Source: an uncultured virus (IMG/VR IMGVR_UViG_3300042554_002206)
Lineage: Duplodnaviria; Heunggongvirae; Uroviricota; Caudoviricetes
IMG/VR virus record: IMGVR_UViG_3300042554_002206
DNA length: 64,000 bases
Strand: one strand, 5' to 3'
Shown: positions 48,023 through 58,095 of the stretch, piece after piece
How positions within the stretch are numbered: the stretch's first letter is position 1
How the letters are laid out: each line of letters begins with the position of its first letter
Translations under genes and position numbers: made by a program
The notes under the pieces: generated by a model
What the model saw: the letters and a program-made list of their open reading frames with translations, nothing else
The model's database searches: none
What the model was told of the DNA's origin: nothing

Positions 48023-48538
48023 TCAACCGCGCGATGCTCGGACGGTTTGATCCCCGTTGTAGCGGCCAGTTTCTGCGTAGCTTGCCAATGGCGTCGAATC
48101 CATCTTCATAAACTTCATCTGCCCGATCTTGAGCCCTGGGTAGATGCCAATCCAGTGAAGCTGGCGCACGTTCTTCAGTTCAAGGGTCAGGCGGGAACCG
48201 TTCCAGCCTGGATCGCACCATCCAGCAAACAGATGCTGCAATCCCTCACGGGCGCGGGATGACTTCAGCACGAACTGCGCGGCGATGCAATTAGGCAGGT
48301 TGAAAATGGGTTCAGCTTCGGCCAGCAGGAATTGCCCTGGCACCACGCGATAGGGATTTGCTGGGGTGTGGTTGGCAATGCAGTAAGGCACAAGGCCTGG
48401 TCCTTCGCTGGACTCGATCAGGATGTTCGATCCCAGCCGAAGGTCCAGACTTGCGGGATTTAGAAGTTCGGGGTCAAAGGGTACGACCATGCCCGATTCG
48501 CAAAGGGCACGGATTTGGAAGTCAGCCAGGACAGTCAT
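48023..48538 (-). CDS. dcd: dCTP deaminase
   Basis: LNPASLDLRLG, KSSRAREG, AGWCDPGW.G..LTLEL, IGQM. Confidence 0.92.
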   Translation of the reverse strand: MTVLADFQIRALCESGMVVPFDPELLNPASLDLRLGSNILIESSEGPGLVPYCIANHTPANPYRVVPGQFLLAEAEPIFNLPNCIAAQFVLKSSRAREGLQHLFAGWCDPGWNGSRLTLELKNVRQLHWIGIYPGLKIGQMKFMKMDSTPLASYAETGRYNGDQTVRASRG

Positions 48539-50303
48539 TTGGTGATGGGTTCGTAGATAGCGCGGGCTTGGTGCTGGGCGATCTGGCGGAGGTCCGTCCA
48601 GTAGGGCGCTTCGTGATTGGGGGGCAGGATCAACGCCTCGGGAATGCCTGCGGTGTTGCGCACCTTGAGGATGCGCAGGCCCCAGCCGGGTCGCTTGGGT
48701 GTGGTCACAGCTGCCTCCACGGTGGGTCACGTAGGAAAGCGTCAAGGTTTGCCGCTGCGCGTGTTTTTTTCATTGCTTCCCCAAAATCCCGCATCGACTG
48801 CTCGGCTTGCTTGACTGCCGGAGTCAATGCTTTGGCCATAGCAGCGCCGTTGGATAGAACCTGGGATGTGAGCCCGCAAAGTCGTGCGTGGTCAAAGTCG
48901 GCGAGGTTGGCCATTTTCGTGGCGCCAGGAAATTGATCGGTCATGGTTCTAGCTTGTAGCGCCAGGGGTTTTCTGCTGTCAAAGTTCATCAGTCGGGCTG
49001 ACACGCCACCAAGCATTTGTGATGTTCTGCCCAGTGTCACGCACGCCACGCCATTGGGTGTTCTTGGGATTGGCCACACTGCGCAGCCTGGCAAGCCCGG
49101 ATTCAATCTTGTCAACCTTCCATTCTTTCAGGCGCGGTGATCGCCAAACGTCGCCAAGGCGGAAACGGTCGGCAGGGGGTGGGGTTTCGGTTGTGGGGTT
49201 CATTAGCCAGTCAGGGGTCAGCATGGTTCAATCCTCAGCTCACATTCAAACGCGACGATCCCAGGTGGCTCGACCACCCCATCAGCGGGGTCTGGCCTAA
49301 TGCGGCGCAGGCAGTCAGCGCAGCCATAGGCCCAGTCGAATTGCCCATCTTCGCTAATGCCGGCACCAGGACAGCCGAGCACTTCCCAGCCGTGGGCCTT
49401 AATGCTCGGATCTGCGGGAGGGTGTCTCCAGAAACGGATCCGACCAGCCTGGCGCATGGCCTGCTTCCTGGAATTGATGCGGCGCCATTTGCCTCCAGCG
49501 GCGGCCACCAGATCGCTGTCATTTGTCGGGTGCCCGTCGCGTTCCCGCAGTGACTTCCAAATCAGCCAGTCCAGCTCATCGTTACCCACGCGATCAGACA
49601 TCGTGCCTCCGCAGCTCACGGCCAACTGCATGCGCGACAGCCTCCTGCCCTGGGTCAATCGGTGGCCACATTCGCGGGTCCTGCCTGCGCTCCAGGGCTC
49701 TCCATCCATCTTGGATGGACGGCTTGGTGTCGTGCTGGTAACATGCGACCGCATCAAGCCAGTCGGCAACTTGAACACATGCCGCTGCTATGGCACGCAA
49801 GAAATTGCTGTCCCAGTAGGTTTTTATGACATGCCCACATTCGGCGTCGTATGTATAGCCTTTAACCATTTTTTTGACAGGATCCAAAATCGGCTGAAAT
49901 TCGCCAAGATCTTTCATCATGTCAAGAGTGTCTTGGCTTAGTTCATCCCATTCGGGCGGTTTAGGGTTTGACATTGGGGTGGCAATTGTGTGTGGGGTTC
50001 GATTGAGCCATTGATACGGGCCACACCGCCAGGGCGATGCGGTCGGAGAGGGTGGAGTCAGCCATTGACCCCCTCCAGTTCGGTGGCGATGGTGTGCAGC
50101 ACTCCGGCTTGATGATGCCGCTCTGCCCCTCGAATCACGTCTTCCACGGTGTCTGTTAGGTCGTCGGTTTTGATCATTTGCGCTGCAGCGGCGCGGAGAG
50201 CCGCGGCGGCAATAGAACTTGGGTCGTCTTTTGTCACCCAGGCATTGTGGGCGGCTTCATAAACCGCCTGCGCGACGTCGGTTCGCGCCTTGGGGGTGCT
50301 CAT
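48535..50303 (-). other. Run of short coupled hypothetical genes (48535-48720, 48705-~48944, 48979-49224, 49218-~49602, 49594-49974, 50058-50303)
   Basis: Co-oriented ORFs with overlapping start/stop codons. Confidence 0.5.
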
Positions 50304-50824
50304 GGCCCAACTTCTCGGTCCACCGGCTCAACCCAACGCAGTCCGATGGTGTCGAACAGTTCCCGCTCGGTGCGACAGGAAATGACCGACTCATCTTTGC
50401 GCCGCAGCAGGCCTTTATCGGAATGGAAGCCGGCTCGCTTCCACCTGGTAGCTAAAACCTTATGCGCCCAGTCAGCTGACCCAGTTCGGATGGCCATGAC
50501 GAGGCCGTAACCGTCCGGGTGAGGCATGAACAGATCAAGCTTCAGCCCGCAGGGGAGCATCCGTTGGGTGTACCGACCGTCTGGCTTGCCCACGACGCCG
50601 GGCCACTGCTCCACAGCCGCAGCAAAGCCACCGGCAAACAGCGGCGTCGATTCGAGGGGGTCGCGGTCGGGTAGGCAGACAATCTCAAGATCGCCAATCG
50701 TTGGGCTCTGCCGACGGACGCTGCCGGCAATGTCAATCTTCAGGCAATGCGGGCTCAGGATGGCCATCACGTTGGATGCAATATCCAAGGCCTCTACCAG
50801 GGGGATGCGGGGGCCGGTGCTCAT
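50300..50824 (-). CDS. Minimal X-family DNA polymerase (Pol beta-like nucleotidyltransferase)
   Basis: IAGSVRR...GDLEIV, KLDLF, RTGSA, ERELF..IGL.WVEP..RE. Confidence 0.85.
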   Translation of the reverse strand: MSTGPRIPLVEALDIASNVMAILSPHCLKIDIAGSVRRQSPTIGDLEIVCLPDRDPLESTPLFAGGFAAAVEQWPGVVGKPDGRYTQRMLPCGLKLDLFMPHPDGYGLVMAIRTGSADWAHKVLATRWKRAGFHSDKGLLRRKDESVISCRTERELFDTIGLRWVEPVDREVGP

Positions 50825-51087
50825 AGCTTCACCCCCGCCCCAGCCACCGGCACGGGATTGGCCTTCAGCCAGGCCATAGCAATGGCGTGTGTCTGGCTAT
50901 CGGGCATGGGGCGCCACAGCCCCTCAACCCATCTACGGCCATTCCATGCGGCGTGTCGTTCCTTGGCGCGACCGCCAAGGGTTGAGAATGCGAACCTGAG
51001 GGCCCATCGGCCTAGCGCGGGTCTGGCGGTGAGGATTAGGTGCCAGTCGTCGTCGGTGAGGCCGTCGTAGGCGGTTTGGGTGGTCAT
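50821..51087 (-). CDS. Hypothetical protein
   Basis: GGAG RBS, ATGA-coupled. Confidence 0.5.
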   Translation of the reverse strand: MTTQTAYDGLTDDDWHLILTARPALGRWALRFAFSTLGGRAKERHAAWNGRRWVEGLWRPMPDSQTHAIAMAWLKANPVPVAGAGVKL

Positions 51088-52109
51088 GGCTTTTCTCCTT
51101 GAGTCATGGCATCATCCGCTGCAAAAGCAACGCTATCTTCAATGCTTGCCAAGGCGATATCATCAAGCAAATCGCCTTGATCGGGTTTTCTGGTATCTTC
51201 TACGGCAATTTCCATATTTTTAATAGCTTGGTTAAAATAAGGTTTCTTTAGCTCGATACCAATACCACGGCGACCTAGCGACACAGCCCCATACACTTCG
51301 CTGCCAACTCCCATAAATGGAGTAAGCACTGTCTCTCCAATGTTCGACCTTAAACAAATAGCGCGGTCAATTACATCTAGCTGCAGCGGGTGGACGTGTT
51401 TTTCGTCATCGGGGTCCTTGGCGTCACGAAAGGGTAGCACTCGTCCCATGTTGATATCATCCCAAACAGAAGACGCATAGCGCCGCCAGATCCAGTGACT
51501 GAAGCGGTTTTCGGTTTGCTTCCCTTTCCACCCTTTGTAGCGGTGCAGATGTTGCGGGATCGGACACTCCCCGGCGTAGTGGTCCAGTCCCGTGGGGTTT
51601 GCTATCGGTATATGATTCTCACCACTGCGGCGGAAAATTAGCAAGTAGTCAGCAGATGCCACGCCTGCAAAAGCAGCGTCGTCAACAATCGTTTTGTGGG
51701 CAAGGTTCTTTACCATAGTGCGATTTCGCACCCATAGTGGCTCCTTCCATATGGTGTGGCGAGCGACATAGTGCCATCCTTCCTTTTCATGCAACGCGAT
51801 GATTTTTCCAGGCAGATCCATCAAGGCATCCTGGCCACTGTTGCCGGTCGGGATATCAGTGCAATGAACAGCGGTCAACCGACCCGGCAGGGTTAGCCGG
51901 TGTAGCTCGGAAACCACAAAGCCATAATGAACAAAGAACTGATCATAGTCAGTGCAGTTACTTATGTCTCGCTCGTTGGAGCTGTAAACGTAAAGGCCGG
52001 CAAACGGTGGCGAGTAGATCGAGAAATGGACGGATTCGCTAGGGAGTCCGCGCATGACTTCGACACAGTCTCCATTGTAGATGGCGTAACGATCGGTGAT
52101 GACATCCAT
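51084..52109 (-). CDS. N4-cytosine/N6-adenine DNA methyltransferase (beta class)
   Basis: GDC, YSPPF, HVHPLQL, VLTPFMGVGS, GIELK. Confidence 0.9.
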   Translation of the reverse strand: MDVITDRYAIYNGDCVEVMRGLPSESVHFSIYSPPFAGLYVYSSNERDISNCTDYDQFFVHYGFVVSELHRLTLPGRLTAVHCTDIPTGNSGQDALMDLPGKIIALHEKEGWHYVARHTIWKEPLWVRNRTMVKNLAHKTIVDDAAFAGVASADYLLIFRRSGENHIPIANPTGLDHYAGECPIPQHLHRYKGWKGKQTENRFSHWIWRRYASSVWDDINMGRVLPFRDAKDPDDEKHVHPLQLDVIDRAICLRSNIGETVLTPFMGVGSEVYGAVSLGRRGIGIELKKPYFNQAIKNMEIAVEDTRKPDQGDLLDDIALASIEDSVAFAADDAMTQGEKP

Positions 52110-53494
52110 GATGGAATAATGATGGGTTGGGTTCGGTAGGCGGCCTTTTCAATGGCCAGTGAATTGTTCATCTCGGAAACCAGGCTGGCAAACATTTTTT
52201 CAGCTTGGCCGCGCTTTCGTTGCAGGTTTTCCATGATTCGACGTTCGCCCTCGGTAAGGATGATGTCAACGGTCACGGGATTCTTCTGTCCAAACCGCCA
52301 GCAGCGTCGGACAGCTTGATAATACTGCTCAAAGCTGTGAGACGGGAAGTAAGTGATGTGGCTGCACTGCTGGAAGTTCAGGCCCCATGCACCGATTTTC
52401 GGTTTTGTGATCAGCACCCTGGATCGGCCCTCGGCGAAGTCGATCAACCGGGCTTCTTTCACGTCGTCACGGTCGGAGCCTGATACCTGAACAGCATCGG
52501 GAATCAACTGCTGCAGCAGGTTACCCTCTTCGTTGAGGTGGCACCACACCAGCGCCGGCTGACCGGTATTGCTAACCATGGCAGCCACTTGCTCGCATCG
52601 TTCCCGAACGGTGCGCTTTTTCTCGGCTCGCTGCTCCCGAAGGTCGGTGGCAGGCATGGCGAACAACATCCCTTCAGGGACGGTGATGGTCTCGATCAGG
52701 TGGTCAACCTCGTTCAGCGGCGGCAAAATGAACCGACCATCATCAAAGCCAAGATCTGAAGGTTGACGGCAGGCCCTTGCCCAACTGGTGACCCATCTCC
52801 AAAAGGGTTGCTCGGCATGGCCCTTAAATCGCCACTTAGGGGCCTCTCCGTACAGACGCCGGCTAGTGCAGTTGTTCTGGTCGTTCTTGAAGAACCGAGC
52901 GAGCATGTCCATGTATCCCATGTAGCCAAGGGCTTCACTGCTGGTACCCAGCTCAATGAAGTCATTTGGCGCGGCAGTGGCGGTGGCCAACAGCCGATAG
53001 GGAACCTTGCGCATGAACTCGGTGATCTGCCCACGGCGAGCACCATCAAAACTCTTGAGGATGCTGGACTCATCGCAAACCACTCCGGCAAAGTCGGCAG
53101 GGTTAAAGTGTTCCAGTCGTTCGTAGTTGGTGACAACAATCCGGCTGTTAATTGCGCCATCAGAAGACCGGGCGCATTCGATGCCGAACTTTTCACCCTC
53201 GCGGATGGTTTGAGCCGCTACGGCCAGAGGGGTCAGGATTAGCACCGGCAGTTCGGTGTAACGGACCACATTTTCAGCCCAGGTAAGTTGCATGGCAGTT
53301 TTTCCCAGTCCGCAGTCAGCAAAGATAGCCGCCCTGCCCTTAAGGATTGCCCAAGTTACGAGACTTTGCTGAAAATCAAAAAGCTCAGAAGGTATCCACA
53401 ATGGCTCAAAACCATGACTAGCGCCGCTGTGAGTTTTTTTGTCCAAGAAACTCGCATAATCATCAACTGGATCGTTCTTCAAAGAATGTTTCAT
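51962..53494 (-). CDS. SNF2/DEAD-like helicase
   Basis: ADCGLGKT, DESS, TATAAPND, GLNFQ, QAVRRCWRFGQ. Confidence 0.9.
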   Translation of the reverse strand: MKHSLKNDPVDDYASFLDKKTHSGASHGFEPLWIPSELFDFQQSLVTWAILKGRAAIFADCGLGKTAMQLTWAENVVRYTELPVLILTPLAVAAQTIREGEKFGIECARSSDGAINSRIVVTNYERLEHFNPADFAGVVCDESSILKSFDGARRGQITEFMRKVPYRLLATATAAPNDFIELGTSSEALGYMGYMDMLARFFKNDQNNCTSRRLYGEAPKWRFKGHAEQPFWRWVTSWARACRQPSDLGFDDGRFILPPLNEVDHLIETITVPEGMLFAMPATDLREQRAEKKRTVRERCEQVAAMVSNTGQPALVWCHLNEEGNLLQQLIPDAVQVSGSDRDDVKEARLIDFAEGRSRVLITKPKIGAWGLNFQQCSHITYFPSHSFEQYYQAVRRCWRFGQKNPVTVDIILTEGERRIMENLQRKRGQAEKMFASLVSEMNNSLAIEKAAYRTQPIIIPSWMSSPIVTPSTMETVSKSCADSLANPSISRSTRHRLPAFTFTAPTSET

Positions 53495-53666
53495 GTCTTC
53501 CCCTGGATTGGCAGGATCCGCACCTCGAACCCCTCGCCCAACAGGGTCTCGGCCTTGACAAAAGCATCGGTGATACTGTCAAACACTTCGGAGCCAACGA
53601 GAGCGCGGCGGCCGGGACCTGGCGTGCGCTTGAGGTACCAGCCGAGCTGGTAGATGGTGTGGTCGG

Positions 53667-54697
53667 TCATGCAAGAGGGTCCTCGAATTGGTCGAATTGG
53701 TCGTAGGTGGTTGGGGGGGCTTCCTGCTGGTCGCTGGCGGGAAGCGGCGGGGTATCGCCGTGGGGCGGGGGGCCGGTCATGGCCATAAGGTCGGCAAGAG
53801 CCTGTATTTCTTGCAGGGTTGGCGGCGCCAAGTCAACTTCAGTAGGCGATGCCCATTCCCCGCACCAATCGGCGCTAGAGACAGAAGGCCAGTAAGCCCA
53901 ATAGTCGCCGACGGTATCTCTTGGGCCCGTGCCGTAGCAAGATTCAGCCTTAGGTGCGTAGCGGTTGCAGGTGAGCCGATGTTCGACTTGATTTACCACG
54001 CTGTAGCGGCAGTTTCCGCAGCACGGCTCCATGTTGCTGGCTTCAGTCATTGAGCAGCACCGGGGCGACAGGGGCCGCTAACCGTTGATACTGCAGGATC
54101 TGCACGGCATCGCGCATCAGCAGCACTTGCGAGAACAGCAGCGCACCCCCTGCGACGAGAAGCCACAGCAACAAGTGGTTGCCCAGTAGCAGGAGGAAAG
54201 CAACCACGGCAGAGTCAATCCTGTTGTTGTCAAGCTGCCGGCAGGGCATCGGTAACCTACGGGATCGGGTCGCACCGAAGGACGGTAGCTCCAGGGTGCC
54301 GCAGCTCGAAGGTGGTCTTTGATTGTTCGGCTGACCACCCTTTTGGGGTGATCCATTCCATTTGGCTGGGCGGCTGGTTGGTGGTGAGATGGTCATGGCG
54401 GCAGGAGTGGTAAGTGATGAGGTAGACCATGGGTCATTCCAGCTCTTTGCGGGTGAACGACGGGTAAGCGGGGAGGTAGCAGGGTTGGCGCCGCTGCGTT
54501 TTCGAAGCGCGGGTCAGCACGCCAGCGATCATGTCCAGACGGTTGATCCAGGCGCGGGACGCTTCGTCGCTTAGTGGCTCGCCGTCTTCGAAGGCGTTGA
54601 TTTCAATGGCGCGGGCTGTCGCTTCCGCCTGGTCCAGCAGGAAGGCCATTACGGCCACTACCGGGGCTTGGCGTTGGGTGTGGGGTGTGGGTGGCAT
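53667..54697 (-). other. Three short hypothetical genes (53667-54050 Cys-rich, 54043-54396, 54434-54697)
   Basis: Co-oriented ORFs; CGNCRY...WCGEW in the first. Confidence 0.5.
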
Positions 54698-54731
54698 TGG
54701 GGGATGTGGAAGCGTGCATCGGAAAGCACAG

Positions 54732-55490
54732 TTAGGCGGTGCGACTCAAATTGTTGTCTGCTGCCATCACGGCTTCTGGGTCCGCAAACCCAAAAAGCGG
54801 TAGAAAAAAGAACGGCAGACCCTTGGCACGCATGACGGCGGCACCTTGGATTTCATTGGTTGCCCAGGCCACTGCCCAGGCCGCTTCCCAGGCCGCTGCC
54901 CTGGCCGCTGCCCTGGCCGCTGCCCTGGCCGCTTCCCTGGCCGCTGCCCTGGCCGCTTCCCAGGCCGCTTCCCCGGCCGCTTCCCCGGCCGCTTCCCAGG
55001 CCGCTTCCCCGGCCGCTTCCCCGGCCGCTTCCCAGGCCGCTTCCCAGGCCGCTGCCCCGGCCGCTTCCCAGGCCGCTTCCCAGGCCGCTGCCCTGGCCGC
55101 TTCCCTGGCCGCTTCCCCGGCCGCTGCCCTGGCCGCTGCTGTCATGCGGTCAAGGTGCCGCCAAAACGCAAGTACGCACTGCGCTTGGTCACCCAATACT
55201 TGTTGGGGTTTGCGAATAACGCTAGTCGGCGCACCATCTTGGCGGTCGTTCACGATGCGCAGCAAAACAGAATGAGCGCGACTGATACCAAAAAGCTCAG
55301 CCACTCGCTTGTCGGCAGCTGCCTGCGTGTAATCGCGCAAAGCTGCTGAAGTTACGCCATCCAAGAAATGCAGCGCCTGACCCTGTGCGCACATGCACCC
55401 ATTTTCAGAGACAAGGCTGCCCTTGAAAGGTATGTTTCCAGGCCAATAATCAAGAAGCTCGTTAACAGTTTTGGGTGTAATAGTTGTCAT
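54732..55490 (-). CDS. Hypothetical protein with (W/R/G)(E/A)AA tetrapeptide repeats (paralog 1)
   Basis: IPFKGSLV...CMCAQGQ.LH; 12-bp tandem repeats at ~54865-55140. Confidence 0.65.
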   Translation of the reverse strand: MTTITPKTVNELLDYWPGNIPFKGSLVSENGCMCAQGQALHFLDGVTSAALRDYTQAAADKRVAELFGISRAHSVLLRIVNDRQDGAPTSVIRKPQQVLGDQAQCVLAFWRHLDRMTAAARAAAGEAAREAARAAAWEAAWEAAGAAAWEAAWEAAGEAAGEAAWEAAGEAAGEAAWEAARAAAREAARAAARAAARAAAWEAAWAVAWATNEIQGAAVMRAKGLPFFFLPLFGFADPEAVMAADNNLSRTA

Positions 55491-55527
55491 TTTGCAAAAA
55501 GGCAAGGTGGATTGGAAAGCGCAGCAA

Positions 55528-56022
55528 TCAAACGCGCAACATGCTGGGATTGCGCTCCGCAGCCGTGGGGCCCTGGTCGTCGGGCTCGCTGTCGTACTGC
55601 TCTTGGGGCAGGTAGACGGTGATCCGGTAGGGGCGACCGTCCTTGTCGTAGCTGGCTAGGTCAGCCTCAAGGCCAGCGGGCCACGAGGGGTCGCCGACTT
55701 TGTCGTTTTCAATGAAAAAGTGCAGGTCGTCGGTGTCACCTTGCTCGATCTGCGTGTCAGTGCAGAGGGGTTGGCGCCGCTGCGTTTTGGAGGCGCGGGT
55801 CAGCACGCCAGCGATCATGTGCAGACGGTTGATCCATGCGCGGGACGCTTCGTCGCTTAGTGGCTCGCCGTCTTCGAAGGCGTTGATTTCAATGGCGCGG
55901 GCTGTCGCTTCCGCCTTTTCCAGCAGGAAGGCCATAACGGCGGCTACCGGCTGCTGGCGGGGGGTGTGAGTTGGCATTGGGGGAGGTGGCGGTGTGAGCT
56001 GGGAATGGCAGTGATTAGACAA
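55528..56022 (-). CDS. Chimeric hypothetical protein
   Basis: N-half nearly identical to 54434-54697; C-half nearly identical to 56716-56957. Confidence 0.55.
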   Translation of the reverse strand: MSNHCHSQLTPPPPPMPTHTPRQQPVAAVMAFLLEKAEATARAIEINAFEDGEPLSDEASRAWINRLHMIAGVLTRASKTQRRQPLCTDTQIEQGDTDDLHFFIENDKVGDPSWPAGLEADLASYDKDGRPYRITVYLPQEQYDSEPDDQGPTAAERNPSMLRV

Positions 56023-56668
56023 CTGCCATCACGGCTTCTGGGTCCGCAAACCCAAAAAGCGGCAGGAAGTAAAACGCCTGGCCCTTGGCACGCATAACGG
56101 CGGCGCCTTGAATTTCGTTTGAGGCCCCTGCGGCGGCCCATGCGGCGTCCCTTGCGGCGTCCCCTGCGGCGTCCCTTGCGGCGGCCCATGCGGCGGCCCC
56201 TGCGGCGGCCCATGCGGCGGCCCCTGCGGCGGCCCATGCGGCGTCCCTTGCGGCGGCCCCTGCGGCGGCCCCTGCGGCGGCCCATGCGGCGGCCCATGCG
56301 GCGGCCCTGTTTTTGTCGTCTATTTGGTCAAGATGCCGCCAAAACGCCAGCACTACATGCGACTGGTCGCCTAACACCTGTTCGGGATTACGAATGACGC
56401 TAGTCGGCGCACCATCTTGTCTGTCGTTGACAATTGCCAGCAAGGCTGAATGGGCGTTACTAATACCAAAAATCTCGGCGACCCGTTTGTCGGCGTCGCT
56501 CTGTTTAATATCGCGCAATTCTTCTACGCTTTTTTTATCCAAAAAATGCAGCACTTGGCCTTGAGCGCACATGCAGGACCCGTCTTCATTGACAAGGCTT
56601 CCTTTGAAAGGAATGTGGCCAGGCCAGTAGTCAAGAAGCTCTTCCACTGTCGATGGAGTGGTTTTCAT
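56015..56668 (-). CDS. Hypothetical protein with Ala-rich tetrapeptide repeats (paralog 2)
   Basis: Same N- and C-terminal motifs as paralog 1; 12-bp repeats at ~56125-56308. Confidence 0.65.
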   Translation of the reverse strand: MKTTPSTVEELLDYWPGHIPFKGSLVNEDGSCMCAQGQVLHFLDKKSVEELRDIKQSDADKRVAEIFGISNAHSALLAIVNDRQDGAPTSVIRNPEQVLGDQSHVVLAFWRHLDQIDDKNRAAAWAAAWAAAGAAAGAAARDAAWAAAGAAAWAAAGAAAWAAARDAAGDAARDAAWAAAGASNEIQGAAVMRAKGQAFYFLPLFGFADPEAVMAVV

Positions 56669-56715
56669 TTGAAATAACGAAGAATGGTGTGGTTTAGAAG
56701 GCGCAGCAAGATCAA

Positions 56716-57096
56716 TCACCGGCGCAACATGCTGGGGTTGCGCTCCGCAGCCGTGGGGCCCTGATCGTCGGGCTCGCTGTCGTACTGCTCTTGGGGCAGG
56801 TAGACGGTGATCCGGTAGGGGCGACCGTCCTTGTCGTAACTGGCTAGGTCAGCCTCAAGGTCAGCGAGCCACGAGGGGTCCCCAACCTTGTCGTTTTCAA
56901 TGAAGAAGTGCAGGTCGTCGGTGTCACCTTGCTCAATCTGCGTATCAGTGCAGAGGGGATGGCGACCGATGGTGGTCAGGGCGTCGGCTAAGGCGGTGGT
57001 CACGGGCTGGCTGGCGGTGGTGGCTACCGGGTTCGCCCCGGTCCACAAATCATAAGCCGCATCCCCCGCTTTCGTAAAGCCAAAGGGGCAAAGCAC
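56716..57096 (-). CDS. Hypothetical protein (true start probably internal)
   Basis: C-terminal part duplicated in 55528-56022. Confidence 0.45.
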   Translation of the reverse strand: MLCPFGFTKAGDAAYDLWTGANPVATTASQPVTTALADALTTIGRHPLCTDTQIEQGDTDDLHFFIENDKVGDPSWLADLEADLASYDKDGRPYRITVYLPQEQYDSEPDDQGPTAAERNPSMLRR

Positions 57097-57166
57097 TTAG
57101 CGAACCGTCACAATCGGGGCAAAGCCCTTGAAGCGCTATGGCTCCGTGGTCGGTTCGGGTACTTGA

Positions 57167-57655
57167 CTATGGGCTAGCCCGCTCCCGGCGCAGGGCCAGT
57201 CCCCGCAACGCCAAGGCCACACGCACGTCGTTCAACGATTGATGGCCAAAGTTGCGCAAGCTCAACAGGTCCGCGCCTGAGAGTTTGACCAGGTCGTCAA
57301 CGGTGGTGATCCCTTGCCGCTTCAGCGAGCCGTAAGCGTACGCGCCAAGCTCCAGCTCCTGGATAGGCACAGTGGCTGGTGGTGCCTGGGATATTTCCAG
57401 CCGGACTGCTGCCAGCTCAGTTTCGATGCCATCCAGTCGGGCTTCCAGTGTGATAGGCACCAACGGCTGATCTGATGCGCCCATAATTGGCGACTGCTTT
57501 TTCTTGGCAATCCGAACTTTCTCCTCCGTCGTGAAGGTAAATCTGCAAGTTTTGCAGATGCAGCGGCGGCGGATAGCAGCGCAACTGGGCTCGTAGCGAG
57601 ACTCCAATACACGCCGTTCAAAGCCTTTGCAGTTGGGGTTGGGGCAAGGGAACAT
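57167..57655 (-). CDS. NrdR-like zinc ribbon fused to an RNA polymerase alpha-CTD-like domain
   Basis: CPNPNC...VLESR...IRRRCIC..C.F.FTT.E; IQELELG..AYGSLKRQGITTVDDL...DLLSLRNFGHQSL. Confidence 0.85.
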   Translation of the reverse strand: MFPCPNPNCKGFERRVLESRYEPSCAAIRRRCICKTCRFTFTTEEKVRIAKKKQSPIMGASDQPLVPITLEARLDGIETELAAVRLEISQAPPATVPIQELELGAYAYGSLKRQGITTVDDLVKLSGADLLSLRNFGHQSLNDVRVALALRGLALRRERASP

Positions 57656-57686
57656 GGCAATCGGTGGTGGCTATCTGGTTAAGTAA

Positions 57687-58067
57687 TCAACTGCGAGCCC
57701 GTCCAGTCCGTGGCAGCAGTCGCTCCTTCCGCAACCTCAAGCCTCGCAGATGCAAGGCCAGCTGCACTTCGCCTAGTGAGTTGGGGCCGAAGTTGCGAAT
57801 GTCCAGAAGGTCAAAGTTGCTGTAGGTGAGCAGTGTGGCCAGGGTGTGGATCCCTTTGCGTCTCAGTGCGCCGTAGGCCCGCGTTGATAGCTTCAGATCC
57901 TCGATTGGCACCGGGGCGGGCTGCGGGTTTATCGCCGCTCTCACCCGCGCCAATTCGGCCTCAATGCGCTGCAACTGGCGGGCGGATTCGCCGTCTAGTC
58001 GTTGGTCGTCGGGACTGGTGGGCGGTTGATCGCGGATTGCGACGCCGCAGTGGGGGCAGGTGAGCAT
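57687..58067 (-). CDS. RNA polymerase alpha-CTD-like domain protein
   Basis: IEDLKLSTRAYGALRRKGIHTL..LL.YS..DLLDIRNFGPNSLGEV. Confidence 0.85.
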   Translation of the reverse strand: MLTCPHCGVAIRDQPPTSPDDQRLDGESARQLQRIEAELARVRAAINPQPAPVPIEDLKLSTRAYGALRRKGIHTLATLLTYSNFDLLDIRNFGPNSLGEVQLALHLRGLRLRKERLLPRTGRARS

Positions 58068-58095
58068 GACGGGCGATGGTGGTGGTGCAGCAGGT

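Noticed and set aside
54846..56397. PGRF-, PRPL- and RRRG-repeat ORFs, or a second guide-like array
   Set aside because: Alternative-frame shadows of in-frame 12-bp Ala-rich coding repeats; the period is a multiple of 3.
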